Of a stretch of DNA of 64,000 nucleotides, positions 13,201 through 28,400 are shown piece after piece. Position 1 is the stretch's first letter; each line of letters begins with the position of its first letter. The translations under genes were made by a program, and so were the position numbers. Origin of the DNA: the human T2T-CHM13v2.0 reference genome, Homo sapiens; NCBI RefSeq assembly GCF_009914755.1, contig NC_060940.1. One strand, written 5' to 3'. The notes under the pieces were generated by a model. The model saw only the letters and a program-made list of their open reading frames with translations, was not told the DNA's origin and searched no databases.

Positions 13201-16059
13201 GATGATTCCATTCGCTTGCATTCGATGATGATTCCACTTGAGTCCGTTAGAAGATTCTATTCAATTACATTCCATGACGATTCCGTTCGAATCCATTTGA
13301 TGATTCCATTACACTCCATTCGACAATGATTCCATTCAATGTTATTCGATGATTCCATTCGATCTCATTCGATGATGATTCCATTCAACTCCATTCGATG
13401 TTTCCATTCGAGTTCATTCTATTATTCCATTAGATTCCATTAGATGATGATTCCATTCGATTCCATTTGATGATTGCATTCTATTTCATTTGATGATGAT
13501 TCCATTCGAGTCCATTCGATGATTCCATTCGAGTCCATTTAATGAATCCATTGGTTTCAATTCTATGATGATTATATTGGATTCCATTCGTTGATGATTT
13601 CATTCGATTCCATTCAATGATGATTCCATTCAATTCCATTCAATGATTCCATTCAATTCCATACGATGATGATTCCATTTGATTTGATTCAACAGTGAGC
13701 CATTCGATTCAATTCCATGATGATTCTATTTGATTCACTTGGTTGACATTTCCATTCGGTTCCATTCGATGATGATTCCATTTGATTCCATTCAAAGATG
13801 ATTCCATTCTAGCCCATTCAATCATTCCATTCGATTCTATTCAATGATGATTCCATTCATGTCGATTTGGTGATTCCATTTGACTTCATTTGATGATGAT
13901 TCCTTTCAAGTTCATTAGATGATTCCATTCGATTCCATTTGATGATGATCCCATTCGAGTCCATTCAGTGATTCCACTCGTTTCCATTCCATGATGATTC
14001 CATTCCATTCCATTCAATGATTCCATTCGATTCCGTTTGATGATGATTTCATTCGAGTCCATTTGATGATTCCATTTGATTCCATTCGATGATGATTCCA
14101 TTCGAGTCCATTCGATGATTCTATTCGAATCCATTTGATGATTTCTTTTGATTATATTTGGTGATGATTCCATTGGAGTCCATTCAATGATTCCATTCGA
14201 TTCCAATCGATGGTGGTTCCATTAGAGTCCATTTAATGATTCCATTTGATTCCAGTCTCTGATGTTTACATTCGAGTCCATACGATGATTCCACTCAATT
14301 CCATATGATGATGATTCCATTCGATTCCATTCGATGATTCCATTCTATTCTATTCAAAGGTGATTCCATTCGAGTACATTAGATGATTCCATTCGATTCC
14401 ATTCAATGATGATTCTATTTGTGTCCCTTAGATGATTCCACATGATTCCATTACATGATGATACTATTTGAGCCCATCCAATGATTCCCTTCGATTCCAT
14501 TCGATGAGGATTCCATTCGATTCAATTCATTGGTGATTCTATTCAATTCAATTCTTTGATTCAATTCCATTCCATTCGACAATGATTCCATTCGATTTCT
14601 TTCGATGATTCCACTCAATTTCACTTGACATTGATTCCATTCGATTCCATTCAATGATTCCATTTGATTCCAGTGGATGATGATTGCCGTCGATTCCATT
14701 CGATCACTCCATTCTGTTCCATTTGATGATGATTACATTCGATTCCATTTGATGATTCCATCTGATTCTATTCGAGGATTCCATTTGATTCCATTCGATG
14801 ATGATTCCATTCGAGTCCATTCGATGATTTCATTCGAGTACATCCAATGATTCCATTCGAGTCCATTTGATGATTCCATTTCATTCCATTTGATTATGAT
14901 TCTACTAGAGTCCATTCAATGACTCCATTCGAGTCCATTCAACAGTTCCATCCGAGTCCATTCGATGATTCCATTCGATTCCATTTGATCATTCCATTCG
15001 AGTCCATTTAATCATTACAGTCGAGTCCATTTGGTGATTCCACTGGATTTCTTTTGATAATGATACCATTCAATTACATTTGATGATGATCCCATTCAAT
15101 TTCATTTGATGATGATTCCATTAGAGTCCATTCCATGATTTCATTCGAGTCCCTTCATTGATTCCATCCGATTTCATTTCATGATGACTCCATTCGAGTC
15201 CATTCGATGATTCCACTCGATTCCATTAGATGATTCCATTGGAGTCCATTTGATTGTTCCATTCGATTCCATTCGATTCCTTTCGAAGATTATTCCATTT
15301 GAGTCCATTCGATGATGATTCCATTCCATTCCATTCGATGATTCCGTTTGATTCCATTCGATGATTCCCTGCGATTCCTTTCTATGATGATTCCATTCCA
15401 TTCCATTCAATGATTCCATTCGAATCTATTCCATGATGATTCCTTTCGATTCCATTCGCTGATGTTTCCGTTCAATTCCATTCGATGATGATTCCATTCG
15501 ATTCCATTCATTGAGGATTCCATTGGATTCCATTCAATGATGATTCCATTCTATTCCATTCAATGATTGCATTCAATTCCATTCAATGATTATGCCATTA
15601 GAGTAAATTCAACGATTCCATTCAATACCATTCGATGATGATTCCTTTTGAGTCCATTCAATGATTTCATTCAAGTCCATTTGATGATTCCTTTCAATTC
15701 CATTCCATGATGATTCCATTCGAGTCCATTCGATGATTCCATTCAATTGCATTCGATGATTCCATTATATTCCATTCAACGATGATTCCATTCGAGTCCA
15801 TTCGATGATTCCATTAGAGTACATTTAATGATTGCTTTGTTTTCAATTCGAAGATGATTACATTGGATTCCATTCTATGATTCCATTCGATTCCATTCAT
15901 TGATGATTCCACCCAATTCCATTCGATGATGATTCCATTCGATTTCAATGCTTCTACTCGATTCCATTCAATGATGATTCAATTCTATTCCGTTTGATGA
16001 TTCCATTAGATTCCATTCTATGATGATTCCATTCGAGTCCATTCGAAGATTTCATTCGA
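4231..16059 (+). repeat. One complete long higher-order unit of 11,829 bp
   Basis: 4231-~4820 recurs almost identically at 16060-~16650 (identical ORFs at 4401 and 16230, offset 11,829). The interval contains every segment of the 6,112-bp unit in order, plus extra blocks. Confidence 0.8.
8945..10810 (+). repeat. ~1.85-kb accessory HSat2 block ('block B'), absent from the 6,112-bp unit; copies at 1-1777, ~22820-24660, ~32712-34552 and truncated at ~55478-56370
   Basis: Diagnostic k-mers are TTTATGTATTATATTCGTGTCCAC, GATTCCCTACGATTCC, GGAGTCCAAACGATC and ATTATGGCTATCG. ORF landmarks occur at 411, 9445, 23319, 33211 and 55977. Confidence 0.88.
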
Positions 16060-19000
16060 TTACATTCCATGACGATTCCATTCGAGTCCATTCGATGATT
16101 CCATTTGAATCCATTCGACGATGATTCCATTTGATGCTATTCGATGATTCCATTGGATTCCATTCGATGATGATTCCATTCGACTTGATTTGATGTTTCT
16201 ATTTGAGTCCATTCGGTTATTTTATTAGACTACATTCGATGATGATTCCATTCGATGCCATTCAGTGATTCCATTTGATTCCACTCAATGATGATTGCAT
16301 TCGTGTCCATTCGATGATTCCATTTGGTTCCATTTGATGATGATTCCATTCGAGTCCATTCGATGATACCATTCAATTCCATTCGATGATCATTCCATTC
16401 GAATCCATTTGATGATTCCACTCAATTCCATTTGATGACTCCTTTCATTCCCATTCGATGATTCCCTTCAGTTCCAATTGGATGATCTTTCCATTTGATT
16501 CAATATGGTGACTCCATTCTATTATATTCAATGATGATTCCATTCGACTCCATTAGATGATGACTTCATTCCATTCCATTCGATTGTGATTTCATTCGAT
16601 TCCATTCGAAGATGATTCCATTCGAGTCCATTTGATGATTCCATTCGATTTCATTCAACGATGATTTGATTCGTGTCCATTCGATGATTCCATTTGATTC
16701 CACTTGATGATGATTCCATTCGAGTCCATTTGATGATTCCATTCAATTCCATTCTCCGATGACTTCTTTTGAGCCCATTCAATGCTTCCACTCGATTCCA
16801 TATGATGATGACTCCATTCGATGAAATTCGATGATGATTCCATTCGCTTGCATTCGATGATGATTCCACTTGAGTCCATTAGAAGATTCTATTCAATTGC
16901 ATTCCATGACGATTCCGTTCGAGTCCATTTGATGATTCCATTAGACTCCATTCGACGATGATTCCATTCGAGGTTATTCGATGATTCCATTCGATCTCAT
17001 TCGATGATGATTCCATTCAACTCCATTCGATGTTTCCATTCGAGTTCATTCTATTATTCCATTAGATTCCATTCGATGATGATTCCATTCGATTCCATTT
17101 GATGATTGCATTCTATTTCATTTGATGATGATTCCATTCGAGTCCACTCGATGATTCCATTCGAGTCCATTTAATGAATCCATTGGTTTCAATTCTATGA
17201 TGGTTACATTGGATTACATTCGTTGATGATTTCATTCGGTTCCATTCAATGATGATTCTATTCAATTCCTTTCAATGTTTCCATTCAATTCCATACGATG
17301 ATGATTCCATTTGATTTGATTCGACAGTGAGCCATTCGATTCAATTCCATGATGATTCTATTTGATTCAATTGGTTGACATTTCCATTCGATTCCATTCG
17401 ATGATGATTCCCTTTGATTCAATTCAAAGATGATTCCATTCTAGCCCATTCAATCATTCCATTCGATTCTATTCAATGATGATTCCATTCATGTCGATTT
17501 GGTGATTCCATTTGACTTCATTTGATGATGATTCCTTTCAAGTTCATTAGATGATTCCATTCGATTCCATTTGATGATGATCCCATTCGAGTCCATTCAG
17601 TGATTCCACTCGTTTCCATTCCATGATGATTCCATTCCATTCCATTCAATGATTCCATTCGATTCCGTTTGATGATGATTTCATTCGAGTCCATTTGATG
17701 ATTCCATTTCATTCCATTCGATGATGATTCCATTCGAGTCCATTTGATGATTCTATTCGAATCCATTTGATGATTTCTTTTGATTATAGTTGGTGATGAT
17801 TCCATTGGAGTCCATTCAATGATTCCATTCTATTCCAATCGATGATGATTCCATTAGAGTCCATTTAATGATTCCATTTGATTCCAGTCTCTGATGATTA
17901 CATTCGAGTCCATACGATGATTCCACTCAATTCCATATGATGATGATTCCATTCGATTCCATTCGATGATTCCATTCTATTCTATTCAATGGTGATTCCA
18001 TTCGATTCCATTCAATGATGATTCTATTTGTGTCCCTTAGATGATTCCACATGATTCCATTAGATGATGATACTATTTGAGCCCATCCAATGATTCCCTT
18101 CGATTCCATTCGATGAGGATTCCATTCGATTCAGTTCATTGGTGATTCAATTCAATTCAATTCTTTGATTCCATTCCATTCCATTCGACAATGATTCCAT
18201 TCGATTTCTTTCGATGATTCCACTCGATTCCACTTGACATTGATTCCCTTCCATTCCATTCAATGATTCCATTTGATTCCAGTGGATGATGATTGCCATC
18301 GATTCCATTCGATCACTCCATTCTATTCCATTTGATGATGATTACATTCGATTCCATTTGACGATTCCATCTGATTCTATTCGAGGATTCCATTTGATTC
18401 CATTCGATGATGATTCCATTCGAGTCCATTCGATGATTTCATTCGAGTACATCCAATGATTCCATTCGAGTCCATTTGATGATTCCATTTGATTCCATTT
18501 GATAATGATTCTACTAGAGTCCATTCAATGACTCCATTGGAGTCCATTCAACAATTCCATTCGACTCCATTTGATGATTCCATTCGATTCCATTTGATGA
18601 TTCCATTCGAGTCCATTTAATCATTACAGTCGAGTCCATTTGGTGATTCCACCGGATTTCTTTTGATAATGATACCATTCAATTACATTTGATGATGATC
18701 CCATTCAATTTCATTTGATGGTGATTCCATTAGAGTCCATTCGATGATTTCATTCGAGTCCCTTCATTGATTCCATCCGATTTCATTGGATGATGACTCC
18801 ATTCGAGTCCATTCGATGATTCCACTCGATTCCATTAGATGATTCCATTGGAGTCCATTTGATTGTTCCATTCGATTCCATTCGATTTCTTTCGAAGATT
18901 ATTCCATTTGAGTCCATTCGATGATGATTCCATTCCATTACATTCGATGATTCCGTTTGATTCCATTCGATGATTCCCTTCGATTCCTTTCTTTGATGAT

Positions 19001-19490
19001 TCCATTCCATTCCATTCAATGATTCCATTCGAATCTATTCCATGATGATTCCTTTCGATTCCATTCGCTGATGTTTCCTTTCAATTCCATTCGATGATGA
19101 TTCCATTCGATTCCATTCATTGAGGATTCCATTTGATTCCATTCAATGATGATTCCGTTCTATTCCATTCAATGATTGCATTCAATTCCATTCAATGATT
19201 ATCCCCTTAGAGTAAACTCAACGATTCCATTCAATACCATTCGATGGTGATTCCTTTTGAGTCCATTCAATGATTTCATTCAAGTCCATTTGATGATTCC
19301 TTTCAATTCCATTCTATGATGATTCCATTCGAGTCCATTCGATGATTCCATTCGATTGCATTCGATGATTCCATTATATTCCAGTCAACGATGATTCCAT
19401 TCGAGTCCATTCGATGATTCCATTAGAGTACATTTAATGATTGCTTTGTTTTCAATTCGAAGATGATTACATTGGATTCCATTCTATGAT
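13020..19490 (+). repeat. Local duplication with offset 3,632/3,609 bp (13020-15880 vs 16652-19490)
   Basis: ORF landmarks are 13886/17518 (3,632), then 14733/18342 and 15174/18783 (3,609, after a 23-bp monomer loss near 17995). Confidence 0.87.
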
Positions 19491-22400
19491 ACCATTTGAT
19501 TCCATTCAATGATGATTCCACTCAAATCCATTGGATGATTCCATTCGTGTCCATTCGGTGATTTCATTAGATTCCATTCGAGGATGATTCCATTCGATTC
19601 CATTCGATGATTCCATTCAATTCCATTCGATGATGATTCCATTCCAGTCCATATGATCATTCCATTTGATTTCATTCGATGATGATTCCATTCGATTCCA
19701 TTCGATGATTCCATTCTATTCCATTCGATGATGATTCCATTCGAGTCCATTCGATGATTCCATTCGAGTCCATTTAATGATTCCATTGGGTTCAATTCAA
19801 TGATGATTACATTGGATTCCGTTCTATGATTCCATTCAATTCCTTTCATTGACAATTTGATTCCATTCGATGATGATTCAATTTGAGTTCATTCGATGAT
19901 TCTATTCGATTCTCTTCGATGGTGATTCAATTCTATTATATTGGATGATTCCATTCGATTCCATTTGATGTTGATTCAATTCGATTCTATTCGATGATGA
20001 TTCCATTGGATTTCACTTGATGATTCTATTCGATTCCATTCAATGATGATTCACTTCTCGTCCATCGGATGATTCCATTTCATTCCATTCGATGATGATT
20101 TCCTTCGATTCCATGCGACGGTGAGCAATTCGATTCAATTCCATGATGATTCTATTTGATTCAATTAGATGATGTTTCCATTCGAATCCATTCCATGATT
20201 ATTCCATTGGAATCCATTTGGCGATGATTCCATATGAGTCAATTCAATGATGATTCCATATGGGTCCGTTCGATGATAATTCCATTTGATTTCATTCAAT
20301 GCTTCTATTCTATTCCAGTCGATGATGATTCCGTTGGAGTCCATACGATGATTCCATTTGATTTCATTTGATGATGATTCCATTCGATGATGATTACATT
20401 GGATTCCATGATTCCATTCAATTCCATTCGTTGATGATTCGATTCCATTCAATGATGATTCCATTTGAGTTCATTCGATGATTCTATTCGATTCCGTTCG
20501 ATGGTGATTCAATTCTATTATATTGGATGATTCCACTCGATTCCATTTGATGATTATTCCATTGGAGTCCACTTAGTGAATCCTTTAGATTCTACTCGAA
20601 GATGATTCCATTCGAGTCCATTCAATGATACCATTCAATTTCATTCTTTGATGCTTCCATTCAAGTGCATTCGATGATATCATTCGATTCCATTTGATGA
20701 TAATTCCATTTGATTCCATGCGATGATTCTATTCGATTCCATTCAATGATAATTCCATTCAATTCAGTGATTCCTCTGGACTCCATTTGATGATGATTCC
20801 ATTCAATGATTCCATTCGATTCTATTCCAAAATGATTCCATTTGAATCCATTTGATGATGATTCCATTAGATTCCATTTGATGATTCCATTCGTTTGCAT
20901 TTGACGATGATTCCATTCGATTCCATTTGATGATTCCATTCTATTCTATTCGATGATGATTCCATTCGATTCCATTTGATGATGATTGGATTCGATTCCA
21001 TTTGATGATTTCATTTGATTCCATTCGTTAATGATTTCGATCAACTCCATTCGATGATTCCATTTGATTCCATTCGATAATGATTACATCCGAGTCCATT
21101 CGATGATTCCATTTGAGCCCGTTCGATAATTCCATTTGAGTCCAATCAATGATTCCATTCATTTCCATTCAATGATTCCATTCGAGTCCATTTGATCATT
21201 CTGGTAGGGTCCGTTCGATGTTGATTCCATTGGAGTGCATTCGATGATTCCATTCGAGTCCATTTTATGATTTGATTCGAGTCCTTTCGATGATTCCATT
21301 CGATTCCACTCGATGATGATTTCATTCGAGTCCATTCGACACTTCCAATCGATTCCATTTGATGTTTCCATTCGAGTCCAATTGATGATTCCATTCAATT
21401 CCATTCGATGATGATTCCGTACGATTCCATTCTGTGATGATTCCATGTGATTGCATTCAATGATGATTCCTTTCGACTGCATTTGATTATGATTCATTTC
21501 GTGTTCATTCTATGGTTCCACAGGTTTCCATTCGATGACGTTTCCGTTCGTGTCCATTCCATTATTCCATTCTATTTCATTTGATGATGATTCCATTCGA
21601 TTCCATTCATTGGTGATTCCACTCAATTCCATTCAATGATTCCATTCCATTTCTTTCAACAATAATTCCATTACTTTCTATTCGATGATCCACTTGATTC
21701 CATTTGGCGATGATTCCATTCGTGTCCATTCGATGATTCCATTTGATTCCATATGATGATGATTCCATTCGATTCCATACCATGATGATTCCATTCGAGT
21801 CCATTCAATGGTGATTCCATTCAATTCCATTCGATGATTCCTTCCGATTCCATTCGATGATGATGGCATTCGATTCCTTTCAATCATTCCCTTTGATTCC
21901 ATTCAAAGGTGATTTCATTCAAGTCCATTCGATAATTGCATTTGATTCCATTCTATGATGATTCCATTCGAGTCCATTTGATGATTCCATTCAATTCAAG
22001 TCAATGATGATTCCATTTAATTCCACTCGATGATTCCATTGGATTCCATTCGATGATGATTCCATTAAAATCCATTCGATAATTCAATTCAAGTCCATTC
22101 GATGATGATTCCAATCGAATCCATTCAAAGATTCCATTCAATTCCATTCGATGATGATTCCCTTAGATTCCATTCGATGATTCCACTTGATTCCATTTAC
22201 GATGATTCCATTCGATTCCATGTGATGAATCCATTCAATTCTATTCAATGATGTTTCCATTTGATTCCATTGGACCATGATTGCCTTTGATTCCATTCAA
22301 TGATTCCATTCGGTTCCATTTGATGATGATTCCGTTCGATTCCATTTCATTATTCCATTTGATTCCATTGGATGAGTCCATTCGATTACATTCGATGATT

Positions 22401-25400
22401 ATTCCATTCGAGTGCATTAGATGATTGCATTCGAGTCCATTCGATGATTCCATTCGATTCCATTCGATGTTGATTCTGTTCAAATCCATTCGATGATTCC
22501 ACTCGATTCCAATCGATGACTCCATTTGATCCCATTCGATGATTTCCTGTGATTCCCTTTGATGATCATTCTATTTGATTCAATTCGGTGATTTCATTTC
22601 ATTCCATTCAGTGATGTTTCCATTCGACTGTATTCGATGATGATTCCATTCGACTCCATTCGATTATGATTTCATTCAATTCCATTCAATAATGATTCCC
22701 TTCGAGTCCATTCGATGATTCCATTCGATTCCATTCAACGATGATTTGATTCGTTTCCATTCGATGATTCCATTTGATTCCACTTGATGATGATTCCATT
22801 CGAGTCCATTTGATGATTCCATTCGAGTCTATTTATGTATTATATTCGTGTCCACTTCATGATTCCATTCAATTCCATTTAATGTTGATTCCATTTGATT
22901 CCATTTGATGATTCAGTTCGATTCCTTGCAATGATTCCCTACGATTCCTTTCTCTGATGATTCCATTCGATTCCATTCATTGATGATTTCATTCGACTCC
23001 ATTCGATGATGATTCCTTTCGATTCCATTTGACGATGTTTCCATTCGAGTCCATTCGATGATGATTCTATTCAATTCTGTTCTATTATGATTCCATTCGA
23101 TTTCATTCAATGCTTCTATTTGATTCCATTCGATGATGATTCCATCTCTTTCCCTTCGATGATTCCATTTGATTCCATTCAGTGATGATTCCATTTGATT
23201 CCATCTGATGATGATTTCACTTGATTCCTTTCAATGATGATTCAATTCAAGTCCATTCGATGATTCCATTGGAGTCCAAACGATCATTCCGTTCGATTCC
23301 ATTCAATGGTGATTCCATTCATGTCCATTCGATGAATCCATTCAATTCCATTCGATGATGACTCCATTCGAGTACATTCGATGATTCCATTTGATTCCAT
23401 TTGAAGATGATTCCATTCAATTCCATTCGAAGATGATTCCATTCAATTCCATTCGATGATGATTCCGTATGAATCCATTCTCTGATTATTCCATTCGATT
23501 CCATTCATTGACGATTCCATTCAATTCCATTCAATGATGATTCTCTTCTATTCCATTCGATGATTCCGGTCGATTCCATTCGATGATGATTCCATTAGAT
23601 TCCATTCGATTGTTGCATTCGATTCCCTTCGATGATGATTCCTTTGAATTCCATTCGATTATCATTCCGTATGAATCCATTTGATGATTATTCCATTGGA
23701 TTCCTTTCGATGATGATTCCATTCGATTCCATTTGATGATGTTTCTCTTGTATTCCATTGGATAATTCCTTTCAGTTCCCTTCGATGATTATTCTTTCGA
23801 GTCAATTCGATGATTCTATTCCATTCCCTTCGATGATGATTCCATTTCACTCCATTTGATGATTCCATTCGACTCAATTTGGTGATGATTCAATTCGATG
23901 ACATTCGATGACTCCATTCAATTTCATTTGATGATGATTACATTCGAGTCCATTTGATGATTGTATTCCTTTCCTTTTGATGATTATTCCATTCGTGTCT
24001 ATTCAAAGGTTCCATTCTATTCCATTCAATGATGATTGCATTTGATTCCATTCAATGATTATGGCTATCGATTCCACTCGTTGATTCCATTTGATTCCGT
24101 TCGATGATTATTCCGTTAGATTCCATTAGAAGATTCCATTCGATTTTATTCAATGATTCCAATGGATTCCATTCAATGATGATTCCATTCGACTCCATTC
24201 AGTGATTCCATTCGAGTCCATTTGATGATTCCATTCTTTTCCATTTGATGATGATTCCATTAGGGTCCATTCAATGATTCCATTCGAGTCCATTCGTTAA
24301 TGCCTTTCGAGTCCTTTTGATCACTACATTCGAGTCCATTCAATGATTCTATTTGATTCCATTCCATGATGATTCCATTCGAGTTCATTCGATGATTGCA
24401 TTCGAGTCCATTTGATGATTCCATATGATTCCATTCGACAATGATTCCATTCGTGTCCATTTGATGATTCCATTCATTTCCTATCGATGAAGATTCCATT
24501 CAAGTGTATTCGATGATTCCATTCAAATCCATTCGATGATGATTCCATTCCAGTCCATTCGATCATTCCACTTGATTCCATTTGATGACTATTCCATTCA
24601 AATCCATTTGATGATTCCATTCGATTCCATTCGATGTTACCATTCGAGTATATACGATGATTCCACTCGATTCCATTTGATGATTATTCCATTGGAGTCC
24701 ACTTAGTGAATCCTTTAGATTCTACTGGAAGATGATTCCATTCGAGTCCATTCGATGATACCATTCAATTCCATTCGTTGATGCTTCCATTCAAGTGCAT
24801 TCGATGATATCATTCGATTCCATTTGATGATAATTCCATTTGATTCCATGCGATGATTCTATTCGATTCCATTCAATGATAATTCCATTCAATTCAGTGA
24901 TTCCTCTGGACTCCATTTGATGATGATTCCATTCAATGATTCCATTCGATTCTATTCGAAAATGATTCCATTTGAATCCATTTGATGATGATTCCATTGG
25001 ATTCCATTTGATGATTCCATTCGATTCCATTCGATGATGATTCCATTCGATTCCTTTTGATGAATCCATTCTATTGTATTCGATGATGATTCCATTCGAT
25101 TCCATTCGATGATTATTGGATTCGATTCCATTTGATGATTTCATTTGATTCCATTCGATAAGGATTTCGATCAATTCCATTCGATGATTCCATTCGATTC
25201 CATTCGATAATGATTACATCCGAGTCCATTCGATGATTCCATTTGAGCCCGTTCGATAATTCCATTTGAGTCCAATCAATGATTCCATTAATTTCCATTC
25301 AATGATTCCATTCGAGTCCATTTGATCATTCCGGTAGGGTCCGTTCGATGTTGATTCCTTTGGAGTGCATTCGATGATTCCATTCGAGTCCATTTTAGGA

Positions 25401-28400
25401 TTTGATTCGAGTCCTTTCGATGATTCCATTCGATTCCACTCGATGATTTCATTCGAGTCCATTCGACACTTCCAATCGATTCCATTTGATGTTTCCATTC
25501 GATTCCAATTGATGATTCCATTCAATTCCATTCGATGATGATTCCGTACGATTCCATTCTGTGATGATTCCATGTGATTGCATTCAATGATGATTCCTTT
25601 CGATTGCATTCGATTATGATTCATTTCGTGTTCATTCTATGGTTCCACAGGTTTCCATTCGATGATGTTTCCATTCGTGTCCATTCCATTATTCCATTCT
25701 ATTCCATTTGAAGATGATTCCATTCGATTCCATTCATTGGTGATTCCACTCAATTCCATTCAATGATTCCATTCCATTTCTTTCAACAATGATTCCATTA
25801 GTTTCTATTCGATGATCCACTTGATTCCATTTGACGATGATTCCATTCGTGTCCATTCGATGATTCCATTTGATTCCATATGATGATGATTCCATTCGAT
25901 TCCATACGATGATGATTCCATTCGAGTCCATTCAATGGTGATTCCATTCAATTCCATTCGATGATTCCTTTCGATTCCATTCAATGATGATGGCATTCGA
26001 TTCCTTTCGATCATTCCCTTTGATTCCATTCAAAGGTGATTTCATTCAAGTCCATTCGATAATTGCATTCGATTCCATTCTATGATGATTCCATTCGAGT
26101 CCATTTGATGATTCCATTCAATTCAAGTCAATGATGATTCCATTCGATTCCACTCGATGATTCCATTGGATTCCATTCGATGATGATTCCATTCAAATCC
26201 ATTCGATAATTCAATTCAAGTCCATTCGATGATGATTCCAATCGAATCCATTCAAAGATTCCACTCAATTCCATTCGATGATGATTCCCTTAGATTCCAT
26301 TCGATGATTCCACTTGATTCCATTTACGATGATTCCATTCGATTCCATGTGATGATTCCATTCAATTCTATTCAATGATGTTTCCACTTGATTCCATTCG
26401 AACATGATTGCCTTTGATTCCATTCAATGATTCCATACGGTTCCATTTGATGATGATTCCATTCGAGTCCATTCGATGATTCCATTAGAGTACATTTAAT
26501 GATTGCTTTGTTTTCAATTCGAAGATGATTACATTGGATTCCATTCTATGATACCATTCGATTCCATTCAATGATGATTCCACTCAAATCCATTGGATGA
26601 TTCCATTCGTGTCCATTCGGTGATTTCATTAGATTCCATTCGAGGATGATTCCATTCGATTCCATTCGATGATTCCATTCAATTCCATTCGATGATGATT
26701 CCATTCCAGTCCATATGATCATTCCATTTGATTTCATTCGATGATGATTCCATTCGATTCCATTCGATGATTCCATTCAATTCCATTCTCCGATGATTTC
26801 TTTTGAGCCCATTCAATGCTTCCACTCGATTCCATATGATGATGACTCCATTTGATGAAATTCCATGATGATTCCATTCGCTTGCATTCGATGATGATAC
26901 CACTTGAGTCCGTTAGAAGATTCTATTCAATTACATTCCATGACGATTCTGTTCGAGTCCATTTGTTGATTCCATTAGACTCCATTCGACGATGATTCCA
27001 TTCGATGTTATTCGATGATGATTCCATTCAACTCCATTCGATGTTTCCATTCGAGTTCATTCTATTATTCCATTAGATTCCATTCGATGATGATTCCATT
27101 CGATTCCATTTGATGATTGCATTCTATTTCATTTGATGATGATTCCATTCGAGTCCATTCGATGATTCCATTCGAGTCCATTTAATGAATCCATTGGTTT
27201 CAATTCTATGATGATTATATTGGATTCCATTCGTTGATGATTTCATTCGATTCCATTCAATGATGATTCCATTCAATTCCATTCAATGATTCCATTCAAT
27301 TCCATACGATGATGATTCCATTTGATTTGATTCGACAGTGAGCCATTCGATTCAATTCCATGATGATTCTATTTGATTCAATTGGTTGACATTTCCATTC
27401 GATTCCATTCGATGATGATTCCATTTGATTCCATTCAAAGATGATTCCATTCTAGCCCATTCAATCATTCCATTCGATTCTATTCAATGATGATTCCATT
27501 CATGTCGATTTGGTGATTCCATTTGACTTCATTTGATGATGATTCCTTTCAAGTTCATTAGATGATTCCATTCGATTCCATTTGATGATGATCCCATTCG
27601 AGTCCATTCAGTGATTCCACTCGTTTCCATTCCATGATGATTCCATTCCATTCCATTCAATGATTCCATTCGATTCCGTTTGATGATGATTTCATTCGAG
27701 TCCATTTGATGATTCCATTTGATTCCATTCGATGATGATTACATTCGAGTCCATACGATGATTCCACTCAATTCCATATGATGATGATTCCATTCGATTC
27801 CATTCGATGATTCCATTCTATTCTATTCAATGGTGATTCCATTCGAGTACATTAGATGATTCCATTCGATTCCATTCAATGATGATTCTATTTGTGTCCC
27901 TTAGATGGTTCCACATGATTCCATTTCATGATGATACTATTTGAGCCCATCCAATGATTCCCTTCGATTCCATTCGATGAGGATTCCATTCGATTCAATT
28001 CATTGGTGATTCTATTCAATTCAATTCTTTGATTCCATTCCATTCCATTCGACAATGATTCCATTCGATTTCTTTCGATGATTCCACTCGATTCCACTTG
28101 ACGTTGATTCCCTTCGATTCCATTCAATGATTCCATTTGATTCCAGTGGATGATGATTGCCATCGATTCCATTCGATCACTCCATTCTATTCCATTTGAT
28201 GATGATTACATTCGATTCCATTTGACGATTCCATCTGATTCTATTCGAGGATTCCATTTGATTCCATTCGATGATGATTCCATTCGAGTCCATTCGATGA
28301 TTTCATTCGAGTACATCCAATGATTCCATTCGAGTCCATTTGATGATTCCATTTGATTCCATTTGATAATGATTCTACTAGAGTCCATTCAATGACTCCA

